Shown: one piece after another, positions 15,208-24,574 of the stretch
Numbering within the stretch: the first letter of the stretch is position 1
Layout: the number at the start of each line of letters is the position of its first letter
Position numbers and translations under genes: made by a program
The notes under the pieces: model-generated
What the model was told of the DNA's origin: nothing
What the model saw: only the letters and a program-made list of their open reading frames with translations
Databases searched by the model: none
IMG/VR virus record: IMGVR_UViG_2671180473_000015
DNA from: a virus
Lineage: Duplodnaviria > Heunggongvirae > Uroviricota > Caudoviricetes
Direction: 5' to 3' (one strand)
Length of the DNA stretch: 35,845 nt

Positions 15208-15741
15208 ATGAACGCAAAAATCAGATACGGCCTGTCGGCTGCCGTTCTGGCACTGATTGCCGTCGGTGCGCCCGCGCCTGATATTCTCGACCAGTTTCTG
15301 GATGAAAAAGAAGGTAACCACACAACGGCATACCGCGATGGGTCCGGCATCTGGACCATCTGTCGGGGTGCCACGATGGTGGATGGAAAACCCGTTTTTC
15401 CCGGTATGAAACTGTCGAAGGAAAAATGCGACCAGGTCAACGCCATTGAGCGTGATAAGGCGCTGGCATGGGTGGAGCGCAATATTAAAGTACCACTGAC
15501 CGAGCCACAAAAAGCGGGTATCGCGTCATTTTGTCCCTATAACATTGGCCCCGGTAAGTGTTTTCCGTCGACGTTTTATAAGCGGCTGAATGCTGGTGAT
15601 CGTAAAGGTGCATGCGAGGCGATTCGCTGGTGGATAAAAGATGGTGGGCGCGATTGCCGCATACGTTCAAATAACTGCTATGGACAGGTTATTCGTCGTG
15701 ACCAGGAAAGCGCATTAGCCTGTTGGGGGATAGATCAGTGA
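15208..15741 (+). CDS. R: SAR endolysin (signal-arrest-release lysozyme, R21-like)
   Basis: 177-aa ORF. N-terminal weakly hydrophobic SAR segment ([18 protein letters not shown]) followed by E-x8-D-x5-T catalytic spacing ([16 protein letters not shown]). Pairs functionally with the pinholin. Confidence 0.85.
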   Translation: MNAKIRYGLSAAVLALIAVGAPAPDILDQFLDEKEGNHTTAYRDGSGIWTICRGATMVDGKPVFPGMKLSKEKCDQVNAIERDKALAWVERNIKVPLTEPQKAGIASFCPYNIGPGKCFPSTFYKRLNAGDRKGACEAIRWWIKDGGRDCRIRSNNCYGQVIRRDQESALACWGIDQ

Positions 15742-16205
15742 GCAGAGTCGCCGCGATTATTTATGCTCTGGTTATCTGCATCATCGTCTGCCTGTCGTGG
15801 GCGGTCAATCATTACCGTGATAACGCCATCGCCTACAAAGAACAGCGTGATAAAAAAGTCAGTGAGCTGAAGCAGGCGACCGCCACCATTACTGACATGC
15901 AGCAACGCCAGCGTGCTGCTGATGTACTCGATGCTAAATACACGAAGGAGTTGGCTGATGCGAAAGCTGAAAATGATGCTCTTCGGCGCAAGCTTGATAA
16001 TGGTGGTCGGGTGCTCGTCAAAGGAAAATGCCCTGTGCCATCCTCAGCCGAAACCTCCAGCGCCTCCGGCATGGGCAATGATGCCACCGTCGAACTCTCT
16101 CCAGTTGCTGGACGAAACGTTCTCGGTATCCGGGACGGAATCATCAGAGACCAGACAGCACTGAGAACGCTTCAGGAATATATCAGGACGCAATGCCTTC
16201 GATGA
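15738..16205 (+). CDS. Rz: Rz i-spanin
   Basis: GTG start overlapping the endolysin stop (GTGA). N-terminal TM segment ([17 protein letters not shown]) and coiled-coil-like periplasmic domain. Contains Rz1 in the +1 frame. Confidence 0.75.
   Translation: MSRVAAIIYALVICIIVCLSWAVNHYRDNAIAYKEQRDKKVSELKQATATITDMQQRQRAADVLDAKYTKELADAKAENDALRRKLDNGGRVLVKGKCPVPSSAETSSASGMGNDATVELSPVAGRNVLGIRDGIIRDQTALRTLQEYIRTQCLR
15958..16164 (+). CDS. Rz1: Rz1 o-spanin (lipoprotein embedded in Rz)
   Basis: ATG at 15958 with strong SD AAGGAG 7 nt upstream. Signal peptide and lipobox ([21 protein letters not shown]) and a Pro-rich mature region ([16 protein letters not shown]). Fully inside Rz in a different frame. 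Confidence 0.75.
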   Translation: MRKLKMMLFGASLIMVVGCSSKENALCHPQPKPPAPPAWAMMPPSNSLQLLDETFSVSGTESSETRQH

Positions 16206-16379
16206 TAGCGATAATTTTACTCATCATCCTTCACATTTGGCTCTGTAGACAGGGTGGTGATCACTTCTGGAGTGAATCCAGATTAAACATCTCATTGCTG
16301 ATGCTTGAAGTTGAGCATCTGGCGCGCGGTAAGGGGCTGCGTTGAAATAAGAGCCAGTCATTAAAAATACCTGGATTTA

Positions 16380-16405
16380 GCCTCGCATTCGCGGGGCTTT
16401 TTATT
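16380..16405 (+). terminator. candidate rho-independent terminator downstream of the lysis cassette
   Basis: Stem GCCTCGC / GCGGGGC (one G-U) with loop ATTC followed by TTTTT. A second perfect 8-bp hairpin (AGCCACTC / GAGTGGCT) follows at about 16417-16438. Confidence 0.4.
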
Positions 16406-16889
16406 GCCATTACAAAAGCCACTCCCTACAGAGTGGCTTTGATAATGGCTTATACCCTACACGGGATAACTTAACTGATATCCCTTTTAACGGATAAAGG
16501 TATTCAAGCCTGACACATCATGCGCTGTATCGTCGCCGTATTCCCGTATTAACAGAGACCGTAGCCCGACGGGGAACTCCTTCTGCGAGAGTGTGCGGGA
16601 ATAATCAAAAACGATGCACACCGGGTTTTTACCGCGTTTATGGTTCGCGGGTTTGTCCCTCATGCTCGCCAGTCCTGTGCGGGGGTGGAAGAAACAGGAT
16701 ACTCACACAGATTCTTGTGGGCACGATGCTATTCCTTTCTGGATTATCCCGATGCCATTCATGCAAGGCGCTGTATCAGACGTTCGTCATGTCTGTCAGG
16801 CTGACGGGTCCTCCCGGTGGAGTGGCCTGCCACGGGGCGGGAGCGTCGCGGAAAAAGGCTAGTTTTTGAAATTTCATTCGTCATCACCA

Positions 16890-16917
16890 CCACTGTAATA
16901 GATTGATATTACAGTGG
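16890..16917. repeat. perfect 11-bp inverted repeat upstream of the terminase genes
   Basis: CCACTGTAATA-GATTGA-TATTACAGTGG followed by a T-rich tract. About 100 bp upstream of the terminase small-subunit start. Could be a terminator or a protein-binding/packaging-related site. Confidence 0.5.
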
Positions 16918-17020
16918 TTTTGTTTTTATGGTGTCGATTTTGATTGTTTTTTGTTCATCACTAACACCGTTTGCCTAAAGTTGTTCGCGAGATGCATGTT
17001 TAAAACATTCTGGAGCGGGT

Positions 17021-17515
17021 ATGGATCGAGAGTTAAAAAATCTGACGCTGAATATCAGTCAACTGGCGGCACTGTCAGGTGTACATCGCCAGACTGCTGC
17101 GGCAAGGCTGCAAAATCTACCCGTTGCAGGGGGGCATGAAAGCAACCTCAAGCTTTATCGGGTGGTTGATATTGTGTCGGCATTTCTGGCATTGCCACCG
17201 CCGGTTGCAGAAGGCGAAATGGACGCGCATGAGCGCAAAGCCTGGTATCAGTCTGAACGTGAGCGTCTTAAGTTCGAACAGGAAACGGCACAACTCATTC
17301 CGGCCAGTGATGTCAGACGGGAGTTTGCCATCTGGGCAAAAGCGGTCGTGCAGGTGCTGGAGACATTACCGGATATTCTGGAACGTGACTGCGGTCTGCA
17401 GCCTGCCGCTGTGAGCCGTGTTCAGTCCATTATTGATGATCTGCGCGATCAGATAGCCCTGCGGGTGACTGAAGCAGGTGCGGATGATGAGGAGGAATTA
17501 CAGCAGGAGGAGTAA
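17021..17515 (+). CDS. terminase small subunit (Nu1-like HTH DNA-recognition protein)
   Basis: 164-aa ORF with SD GGAG upstream. N-terminal HTH (LNISQLAALSGVHRQTAAARLQNLPV) resembling Nu1-type small subunits. Acidic C-terminus. Stop overlaps the large-subunit start. Confidence 0.7.
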   Translation: MDRELKNLTLNISQLAALSGVHRQTAAARLQNLPVAGGHESNLKLYRVVDIVSAFLALPPPVAEGEMDAHERKAWYQSERERLKFEQETAQLIPASDVRREFAIWAKAVVQVLETLPDILERDCGLQPAAVSRVQSIIDDLRDQIALRVTEAGADDEEELQQEE

Positions 17516-19617
17516 TGCTGAATCAGGAAACCGCAAAGGCAGCACGAACCGATTCAGGTTATATCCTTCGCGCACCGAGACGAATGCGGGTTGCTGATGC
17601 CGTTGCTCAGTATATGCGGGTGCCCATGGGGGCAGGGAACTCAGTCCCGTGGGATCCGCTGGTGGCACCGTATGTTATTGAGCCGATGAACTGCCTGGCC
17701 TCGCGTGAATACGACGCAGTGATATTTGTTGGCCCGGCACGAACCGGCAAGACTATCGGCCTGATTGACGGCTGGGTGATTTACAACGTGATTTGCGATC
17801 CTGCTGATATGCTGATCATTCAGATGACGGAGGAAAAAGCCCGCGAACACTCCAAAAAACGACTCGCCAGAACGTTTCGCGTCAGCCCGGAAGTGGTCAG
17901 TCGCCTGAGTCCGAACAAAAATGACAACAACGTTTATGACAGAACATTCCTTGCTGGTAACTACCTGAAAATCGGCTGGCCGTCAGTCAATATCATGTCC
18001 TCATCAGATTATAAATGCGTCGCGCTGACGGATTATGACCGTTTTCCGGAAGATATTGATGGCGAGGGGGATGCTTTCTCTCTTGCCTCAAAACGTACCA
18101 CAACATTTATGTCCAGTGGTATGACGCTTGTGGAGAGTTCCCCCGGCAGGGATGTGAAGGATGTGAAATGGCGACGGACTTCACCGCATGAGGCTCCACC
18201 AACCACGGGGATACTGTCGCTCTATAACCGTGGCGATCGCCGTCGCTGGTACTGGCCCTGTCCACACTGTGGTGAGTATTTTCAGCCCTGCGGCGATGTG
18301 GTTGCTGGTTTCCGTGATATTGCCGATCCCGTGCTGGCAAGTGAGGCGGCTTATATTCAGTGTCCTTCCTGTTCAGGACGGATTATGCCTGAACACAAAC
18401 GTGAGCTGAACGGACGTGGGGTCTGGTTGCGGGATGGTGAATCCATCAATGCGGATGGCAGTCGTTATGGTGATCCCCGACGCTCACGTATTGCGTCATT
18501 CTGGATGGAGGGTCCGGCAGCTGCTTACCAGACACTCTCGCAACTCGTTTACAAACTGCTTACTGCAGAACAGGAATACGAGACAACCGGAAGTGAAGAA
18601 ACACTCAAGACGGTTATCAATACCGACTGGGGATTACCTTATCTTCCCCGCGCCAGCATGGAGCAACGAAAAAGTGAACTGCTTGAGCAGCGGGCAGAGC
18701 CAGTTCCTTCCCGCAGTGTGCCGGATGGCGTTAATTTCCTTGTGGCGACAGTGGATGTGCAGGCGGGACGTCATCGCCGTTTTGTGGTTCAGGTAACGGG
18801 CTATGGCAGCCGTGGCGAACGCTGGATTATTGATCGTTACAACATCACGCAGTCATTGCGCGGTGACAGCGACGGGGAGAGCCAGCGAATTGATCCGGCC
18901 AGCTATCCGGAAGACTGGGATGTCCTGCTGACGGATGTTTTTCATAAAAGCTGGCCGCTGGCCTCCGATCCTTCTCAACAAATGCGACTGATGGCAATGG
19001 CGGTGGACTCCGGCGGTGAAGACGGGGTCACTGATAATGCCTATAAATTCTGGCGTCGTTGCCGTCGTGATGGCCTTGGTAAACGTATTTACCTGTTTAA
19101 GGGCGACAGCATCCGGCGCGCAAAACTGATCACCCGTACATTCCCTGATAACACCGGACGAACGGGCCGACGGGCGCAGGCCGCAGGTGATGTGCCGCTC
19201 TGGCTTCTTCAGACGGATGCACTGAAAGACCGGGTGAATAACGCGTTATGGCGTGACTCGCCAGGTCCCGGCTATGTGCATTTCCCTGACTGGCTGGGGA
19301 GCTGGTTTTACGACGAACTGACGTATGAAGAGCGGAGCAGTGACGGGAAATGGAGTAAGCCGGGTCGCGGTGCCAACGAAGCTTTTGACCTGATGGTGTA
19401 TGCCGAGGCTCTGGTCATTCTGCATGGATACGAAAAGATCCGCTGGCCGGATGCACCGGAGTGGGCGAGCCGGGAAACCTGGCTGGAGTGTGTCCCGGAC
19501 AGTACCGAACCGTCACCCTCACCGGAACCGGTATCCACGCCTGTTAAAAAACAAAAACGGAAGAAAACAGTAACTGACGATGTTAACCCCTGGCTGACTT
19601 CCGGAGGATGGTTATGA
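17515..19617 (+). CDS. terminase large subunit (lambda gpA family)
   Basis: 700-aa ORF. Walker A-like FVGPARTGKT. Size and C-terminal similarity to lambda gpA from memory. Start overlaps the small-subunit stop. Confidence 0.9.
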   Translation: MLNQETAKAARTDSGYILRAPRRMRVADAVAQYMRVPMGAGNSVPWDPLVAPYVIEPMNCLASREYDAVIFVGPARTGKTIGLIDGWVIYNVICDPADMLIIQMTEEKAREHSKKRLARTFRVSPEVVSRLSPNKNDNNVYDRTFLAGNYLKIGWPSVNIMSSSDYKCVALTDYDRFPEDIDGEGDAFSLASKRTTTFMSSGMTLVESSPGRDVKDVKWRRTSPHEAPPTTGILSLYNRGDRRRWYWPCPHCGEYFQPCGDVVAGFRDIADPVLASEAAYIQCPSCSGRIMPEHKRELNGRGVWLRDGESINADGSRYGDPRRSRIASFWMEGPAAAYQTLSQLVYKLLTAEQEYETTGSEETLKTVINTDWGLPYLPRASMEQRKSELLEQRAEPVPSRSVPDGVNFLVATVDVQAGRHRRFVVQVTGYGSRGERWIIDRYNITQSLRGDSDGESQRIDPASYPEDWDVLLTDVFHKSWPLASDPSQQMRLMAMAVDSGGEDGVTDNAYKFWRRCRRDGLGKRIYLFKGDSIRRAKLITRTFPDNTGRTGRRAQAAGDVPLWLLQTDALKDRVNNALWRDSPGPGYVHFPDWLGSWFYDELTYEERSSDGKWSKPGRGANEAFDLMVYAEALVILHGYEKIRWPDAPEWASRETWLECVPDSTEPSPSPEPVSTPVKKQKRKKTVTDDVNPWLTSGGWL

Positions 19618-19826
19618 ACCAGAATGATATTGAAGCCATGATTCAGCGTTATACGGAAGCTGAAATGGCGGTGCTGGACGGAAAATCCGTCACCTTTAAT
19701 GGTCAGCAGATGACCATGGAAAACTTATCTGAGATCCGGCAGGGACGGCAGGAGTGGGAGCGCCGCCTTGCGGCTCTGATTACACGACGACGGGGGCATC
19801 CCGGGTACCGGCTGGCGAGGTTCTGA
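19608..19826 (+). CDS. head-tail connector / head completion protein, lambda W-like
   Basis: 72-aa ORF between terminase and portal, ending ...RRRGHPGYRLARF (compare lambda W ...RRRGPAGFYV). Confidence 0.65.
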   Translation: MVMNQNDIEAMIQRYTEAEMAVLDGKSVTFNGQQMTMENLSEIRQGRQEWERRLAALITRRRGHPGYRLARF

Positions 19827-21334
19827 TGGCAATTCTTGATGATGTGATTGGCGTTTTTTCACCAGGATGGAAAGCGGCAAGGCTGCGTTCCCGTGCGGTG
19901 ATCCAGGCTTATGAGGCCGTAAAAACGACGCGGACACACAAAGGCCGGCGGGAAAACCGAACTGCCGACCAGTTAAGCCAGTACGGGGCCGTGTCGTTAC
20001 GTGAGCAGGCCCGTTACCTTGATAACAACCACGATCTGGTTATTGGTGTATTTGACAAGCTGGAAGAACGGGTGGTGGGGAAAAACGGGATTATTGTCGA
20101 GCCACATCCGGTATTACGCAATGGGGCCATTGCCCGTGACCTGGCTGCGGAGATTCGCACCCGATGGAGTGAATGGTCTGTCAGCCCGGAAGTCACCGGG
20201 CAGTTTACCCGTCCGATGCTGGAACGTCTGATGCTGCGTACCTGGCTGCGCGATGGTGAGGTGTTTGCCCAGATGGTTTCCGGGCGCATAAACAGCCTGA
20301 CGCCTTCTGCCGGTGTTCATTTCTGGCTGGAGGCGCTCGAGCCGGACTTTATTCCCATGACCAGTGATGAGAGCAACAGGCTGAATCAGGGCGTGTTTGT
20401 TGATGACTGGGGGCGTCCCGAAAAATATCTGGTGTATAAAAGCCGTCCCGTATCCGGACGGCAGATGGAAACCAAAGAAGTGGATGCAGAGCGAATGCTG
20501 CATCTTAAATTTGTTCGCCGTCTGCACCAGATGCGCGGGACGTCTTTGTTGTCCGGTGTGCTGATCCGCCTCAGTGCCCTGAAAGATTATGAAGATTATG
20601 AGCTGACTGCAGCAAGGATCGCCGCTGCTCTGGGGATGTACATCCGCAAAGGCGACGGGCAGAGCTATGAACCGGATGGTAATGGCAGCAAGGATAAGGA
20701 ACGCGAGCTTACCATTCAGCCAGGCATTATTTACGACGATCTGAAACCCGGCGAAGAAATCGGAATGGTGAAGTCGGATCGCCCCAATCCTAACCTTGAA
20801 ACTTTTCGTAATGGTCAGTTGCGTGCCGTGGCGGCGGGCAGTCGTCTGAGTTTTTCCAGTACAGCGCGCAACTATAACGGCACTTACAGCGCCCAGCGTC
20901 AGGAGCTGGTTGAATCTACTGATGGCTACCTGATCCTGCAGGACTGGTTTATTGGTGCCGTCACCCGCCCGATGTATCGTGCATGGCTGAAACAGGCTGT
21001 GGCATCCGGTGTTATCAGGCTACCCCGCGATCTTGACCGTTCTTCACTGTATACCGCGGTGTATTCCGGACCGGTGATGCCGTGGATTGACCCTGTTAAG
21101 GAGGCTGAGGCCTGGAAAATCCAGATTCGTGGTGGAGCGGCGACAGAATCAGACTGGGTACGTGCAGGTGGTCGTAATCCGGATGATGTCAAACGTCGGC
21201 GCAAGGCCGAAATTGATGAAAACCGCAAGCTGGATCTGGTATTTGATACCGATCCGGCCAGTGATAAAGGAGGCAGCAGTGCCGCAACGAAACGACAGGA
21301 GCCGCAGCACACCGACGACCAGTCCGAAGAATAA
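19826..21334 (+). CDS. B: portal protein (lambda gpB-like)
   Basis: 502-aa product from the ATG at 19826, which overlaps the W-like stop (TGATG). Position and size fit a portal. The track ORF 19754..21334 is an upstream extension. Confidence 0.85.
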   Translation: MAILDDVIGVFSPGWKAARLRSRAVIQAYEAVKTTRTHKGRRENRTADQLSQYGAVSLREQARYLDNNHDLVIGVFDKLEERVVGKNGIIVEPHPVLRNGAIARDLAAEIRTRWSEWSVSPEVTGQFTRPMLERLMLRTWLRDGEVFAQMVSGRINSLTPSAGVHFWLEALEPDFIPMTSDESNRLNQGVFVDDWGRPEKYLVYKSRPVSGRQMETKEVDAERMLHLKFVRRLHQMRGTSLLSGVLIRLSALKDYEDYELTAARIAAALGMYIRKGDGQSYEPDGNGSKDKERELTIQPGIIYDDLKPGEEIGMVKSDRPNPNLETFRNGQLRAVAAGSRLSFSSTARNYNGTYSAQRQELVESTDGYLILQDWFIGAVTRPMYRAWLKQAVASGVIRLPRDLDRSSLYTAVYSGPVMPWIDPVKEAEAWKIQIRGGAATESDWVRAGGRNPDDVKRRRKAEIDENRKLDLVFDTDPASDKGGSSAATKRQEPQHTDDQSEE

Positions 21335-21347
21335 TTCCTGGTTCAGG

Positions 21348-23306
21348 ATGCAGGCTGGTCACCAGAGTGACGCGGATATTTATATTTATGACGAGATTGG
21401 TTTCTGGGGTGTTACAGCGAAGCAGTTTATCAGTGATCTGAATGCACTGGGCGATATCACCCACATTAATCTCCATATTAATTCACCGGGTGGCGATGTC
21501 TTTGAAGGCATCGCCATTTTTAATGCGCTGAAAACACATGGTGCGTCCATTACCGTTTATGTCGACGGTGTGGCGGCGTCAATGGCGTCGGTCATTGCGA
21601 TGGTGGGAAACCCGGTCATTATGCCGGAAAACACCTTCATGATGATTCATAAACCATTTGGCTTTACGGGCGGTGATGCGGAGGACATGCGCACCTATGC
21701 CGACCTGCTCGATAAGGTTGAGGCGGTTCTGTTACCCGCTTATGCACAGAAAACCGGGAAAACCACCGATGAAATTGCTGCCATGCTGGCGGATGAGACC
21801 TGGATGTCCGGTGCCGAATGTCTGGCACAGGGATTTGCTGATCAGGTGACGCCAGCCGTTAAGGCAATGGCATGTATTCAGTCAAAACGTACAGAGGAAT
21901 TTAAAAAGATGCCGGAATCCATTCGAAACATGATTACTCCGCCACGCAACAGTGCTCCACGCGTACAGGATGATGAACCTGCAGCCTCCCGGACGCCAGT
22001 GCAGGCAGCAGCACCCGTGGTGGATGAAAACAGTATCCGTGCGCAGGTACTGGCAGAGCAAAAAGCGCGTGTAAACGGTATTAATGATCTGTTTGCCATG
22101 TTTGGCGGGCGTTATCAGACGCTGCAGGCTCAGTGTCTTGCCGATCCTGAATGTTCGCTGGAGCAGGCCCGCGAAAAGCTGTTGAACGAGATGGGGCGCG
22201 AGTCCACGCCATCCAATAAAAATACCCCGGCTCATATTTATGCCGGAAACGGTAATTTTGTGGGGGACGGGATCCGCCAGGCGCTGATGGCGCGTGCCGG
22301 ATTTGAAAAAACCGAACGTGATAATGTCTACAACGGGATGACCCTGCGTGAATATGCCCGTATGTCACTGACTGAACGGGGTATTGGGGTTTCCAGTTAT
22401 AACCCGATGCAGATGGTCGGTGCGGCGTTCACACACAGTACGTCTGACTTCGGTAATATTCTGCTGGATGTTGCGAACAAAGCCATTCTGCAGGGCTGGG
22501 AAGATGCCCCTGAAACCTATGAACAGTGGACGCGGAAAGGTCAGTTGTCTGATTTTAAAATTGCCCATCGTGTGGGTATGGGGGGCTTCAGTGCTCTGCG
22601 TCAGGTGCGTGAAGGGGCGGAATATAAATACGTCACCACCGGAGATAAACAGGCCACTATTGCACTGGCGACCTATGGCGAGCTGTTCAGTATCACCCGT
22701 CAGGCCATTATCAATGATGATCTGAATATGCTGACCGATGTCCCGATGAAACTGGGCCGTGCGGCGAAATCCACTATTGCCGATCTGGTTTATGCCATTC
22801 TGACGTCTAACCCGAAAATCTCCACAGATAATGTAAGTCTGTTCGATAAAGCGAAACATGCAAACGTACTGGATAGCGCTGCAATGGACGTGGCATCGCT
22901 GGATAAAGCCCGCCAGTTGATGCGCGTTCAGAAAGAGGGGGAGCGTCATCTGAATATTCGTCCTGCGTTCGTACTGGTACCGACGGCGATGGAGTCTGTT
23001 GCTAACCAGGTCATTCGCTCCTCAAGTGTCAAGGGGGCCGACATTAACGCCGGTATTATTAACCCGGTGAAAGATTTTGCGACCGTTATTGCAGAGCCTC
23101 GTCTTGATGATAACAGCCAGACCACCTTCTACCTGGCTGCGTCAAAAGGCTCCGATACGATTGAAGTGGCTTATCTCAACGGTGTGGATACGCCATATAT
23201 TGATCAGATGGAGGGCTTCAGTGTGGATGGCGTGACAACGAAAGTGCGTATTGACGCCGGTGTCGCGCCAGTTGATCACCGCGGTCTGGTGAAATGTACG
23301 GCGTAA
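21348..23306 (+). CDS. prohead protease (ClpP/S14-like) fused to scaffold-like linker and HK97-fold major capsid protein
   Basis: 652-aa product from the ATG at 21348, 14 nt after the portal stop. N-terminal ClpP-like domain (DIYIYDEIGFWGV...INSPGGDVFEGIAIFNALKTHGASITVYVDGVAASMASVIAMVG), then an Ala/Gln-rich linker, then a capsid-like domain of about 380 aa. Confidence 0.75.
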   Translation: MQAGHQSDADIYIYDEIGFWGVTAKQFISDLNALGDITHINLHINSPGGDVFEGIAIFNALKTHGASITVYVDGVAASMASVIAMVGNPVIMPENTFMMIHKPFGFTGGDAEDMRTYADLLDKVEAVLLPAYAQKTGKTTDEIAAMLADETWMSGAECLAQGFADQVTPAVKAMACIQSKRTEEFKKMPESIRNMITPPRNSAPRVQDDEPAASRTPVQAAAPVVDENSIRAQVLAEQKARVNGINDLFAMFGGRYQTLQAQCLADPECSLEQAREKLLNEMGRESTPSNKNTPAHIYAGNGNFVGDGIRQALMARAGFEKTERDNVYNGMTLREYARMSLTERGIGVSSYNPMQMVGAAFTHSTSDFGNILLDVANKAILQGWEDAPETYEQWTRKGQLSDFKIAHRVGMGGFSALRQVREGAEYKYVTTGDKQATIALATYGELFSITRQAIINDDLNMLTDVPMKLGRAAKSTIADLVYAILTSNPKISTDNVSLFDKAKHANVLDSAAMDVASLDKARQLMRVQKEGERHLNIRPAFVLVPTAMESVANQVIRSSSVKGADINAGIINPVKDFATVIAEPRLDDNSQTTFYLAASKGSDTIEVAYLNGVDTPYIDQMEGFSVDGVTTKVRIDAGVAPVDHRGLVKCTA

Positions 23307-23329
23307 ACGTCGCAGACAACAACTCTGAT

Positions 23330-23349
23330 GGCCCGTAAGGGCTTTTTTT
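23330..23349 (+). terminator. short rho-independent terminator/attenuator after the capsid gene
   Basis: GGCCCGTAAGGGC followed by TTTTTTT. A second hairpin AGCCCC-TGAA-CGGGGCT follows at about 23362-23378. Confidence 0.5.
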
Positions 23350-23392
23350 GTACCTGAAATCAGCCCCTGAACGGGGCTGTGCGGAGACAGTT

Positions 23393-23716
23393 ATGGCAAA
23401 GAATTTTGTAGAAGAAGGAAAAACGGTGGCGATTGTTGCCAGTGCAGCCATCAGCAGCGGAGATCTGGTGCAGGTGGGTGATGTTTTTGCGGTGGCACTG
23501 ACCGATATTCCACAGGGTGAAACAGGCGACGGCCTGACCGAAGGTGTGTTTATGCTGCCTAAGCTGAAAACGGATGACATGAAAACGGGTAAGAAGGTTT
23601 ATCTGAAGTCCGGAAAAGTTCAGCTGACTAACAGCGGCTCTGATCCGCTGGTCGGGGTTGTCTGGGCAGATGCCGGAACCAGTGCAGAAGAAGTGCCGGT
23701 AAAACTCAATGTCTGA
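23393..23716 (+). CDS. small head protein, DUF2190-like (putative decoration/cement protein)
   Basis: 107-aa product from the ATG at 23393 with SD GGAG 6 nt upstream. Sits directly after the capsid gene. Family from memory. Confidence 0.5.
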   Translation: MAKNFVEEGKTVAIVASAAISSGDLVQVGDVFAVALTDIPQGETGDGLTEGVFMLPKLKTDDMKTGKKVYLKSGKVQLTNSGSDPLVGVVWADAGTSAEEVPVKLNV

Positions 23717-23984
23717 TCCCTTTTCCCGGCTGGCAGCGCGTATGGATGCGATCACGGTCAGAAAGATGGGAAAGACAGCCTCGATTAATGATGTCGATAT
23801 GACTGTGATCCCGGGAGAAACACTGGCAGAGCTGAATGCTCTGTCCGGACCTGCGGTCTCTCTGGTGGTGTTTTCTTCGGGATACCGCCCACGGCGCGGG
23901 GATCGCGTTGTTTATGACGGACAACAATGGACGGTCACACGGCATGAACGCTTTAACGGTAAGCCAATGATCTTTATTGAGTAA
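23709..23984 (+). CDS. head-tail joining protein, FII-like
   Basis: 91-aa ORF overlapping the upstream stop. Pattern ...RRGDRVVYDGQQWTV resembles lambda FII ...RRGDTLTIGEENFWV. Confidence 0.5.
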   Translation: MSDPFSRLAARMDAITVRKMGKTASINDVDMTVIPGETLAELNALSGPAVSLVVFSSGYRPRRGDRVVYDGQQWTVTRHERFNGKPMIFIE

Positions 23985-23995
23985 AGAGGTGTGGG

Positions 23996-24574
23996 ATGAA
24001 GGGGCTTGAGAATGCCATCCGCAATCTGAACAGCCTTGATACCCGTATGGTGCCACAGGCCAGCGCATGGGCGATAAACCGTGTGGCACAGAAAGCGGTC
24101 TCGGTTGCCACCCGGCAGGTTGCCGGGAATACCGTTGCGGGAGATAACCAGGTGAAAGGGATCCCCCTGAAACTGGTACGTCAGCGTGTCCGGGTGTTTA
24201 AAGCCAGTCCGTCAGGAAAAATGACGGCCAGGATCCGCGTTAACCGGGGCAATCTGCCCGCCATTAAGCTGGGGACAGCCCGGGTCAGACTGGCCCGGCG
24301 TGGTGGAAAACTGCAGTACCGTGGCAGTGTGCTGAAGGTGGGTAAATATCTTTTCCGGGATGCGTTTATTCAGCAACTGGCGAATGGTCGCTGGCATGTG
24401 ATGCGGCGTATTGATGGCAAAAATCGTTACCCCATTGATGTGGTGAAAATCCCGCTGTCCGGACCGCTGACACAGGCATTTGAAGATGCCCGCGACCGCA
24501 TCATTGCTGCGGAAATGCCGAAACAGCTGGGGTATGCACTGAAACAACAACTGAGGTTATGGCTGACCCGATGA
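23996..24574 (+). CDS. Z: minor tail protein Z-like (tail completion)
   Basis: 192-aa ORF, the same length as lambda gpZ, in the position immediately before U. Confidence 0.6.
   Translation: MKGLENAIRNLNSLDTRMVPQASAWAINRVAQKAVSVATRQVAGNTVAGDNQVKGIPLKLVRQRVRVFKASPSGKMTARIRVNRGNLPAIKLGTARVRLARRGGKLQYRGSVLKVGKYLFRDAFIQQLANGRWHVMRRIDGKNRYPIDVVKIPLSGPLTQAFEDARDRIIAAEMPKQLGYALKQQLRLWLTR

Noticed and set aside
16591-16869. Two overlapping plus-strand ORFs (92 and 82 aa) between lysis and terminase
   Set aside because: Two frames open over the same GC-rich stretch with no SD and Cys/Arg/Gly-rich translations; more likely non-coding packaging-region sequence.
16206-17020. Lambda-type cosN (GGGCGGCGACCT)
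   Set aside because: No match found by eye in the region upstream of the terminase genes; the packaging site is probably of a different sequence type.
22365-22949. 194-aa minus-strand ORF and several other minus-strand ORFs inside the head genes
   Set aside because: All lie antisense to the protease-capsid fusion gene and have no start context; treated as spurious.
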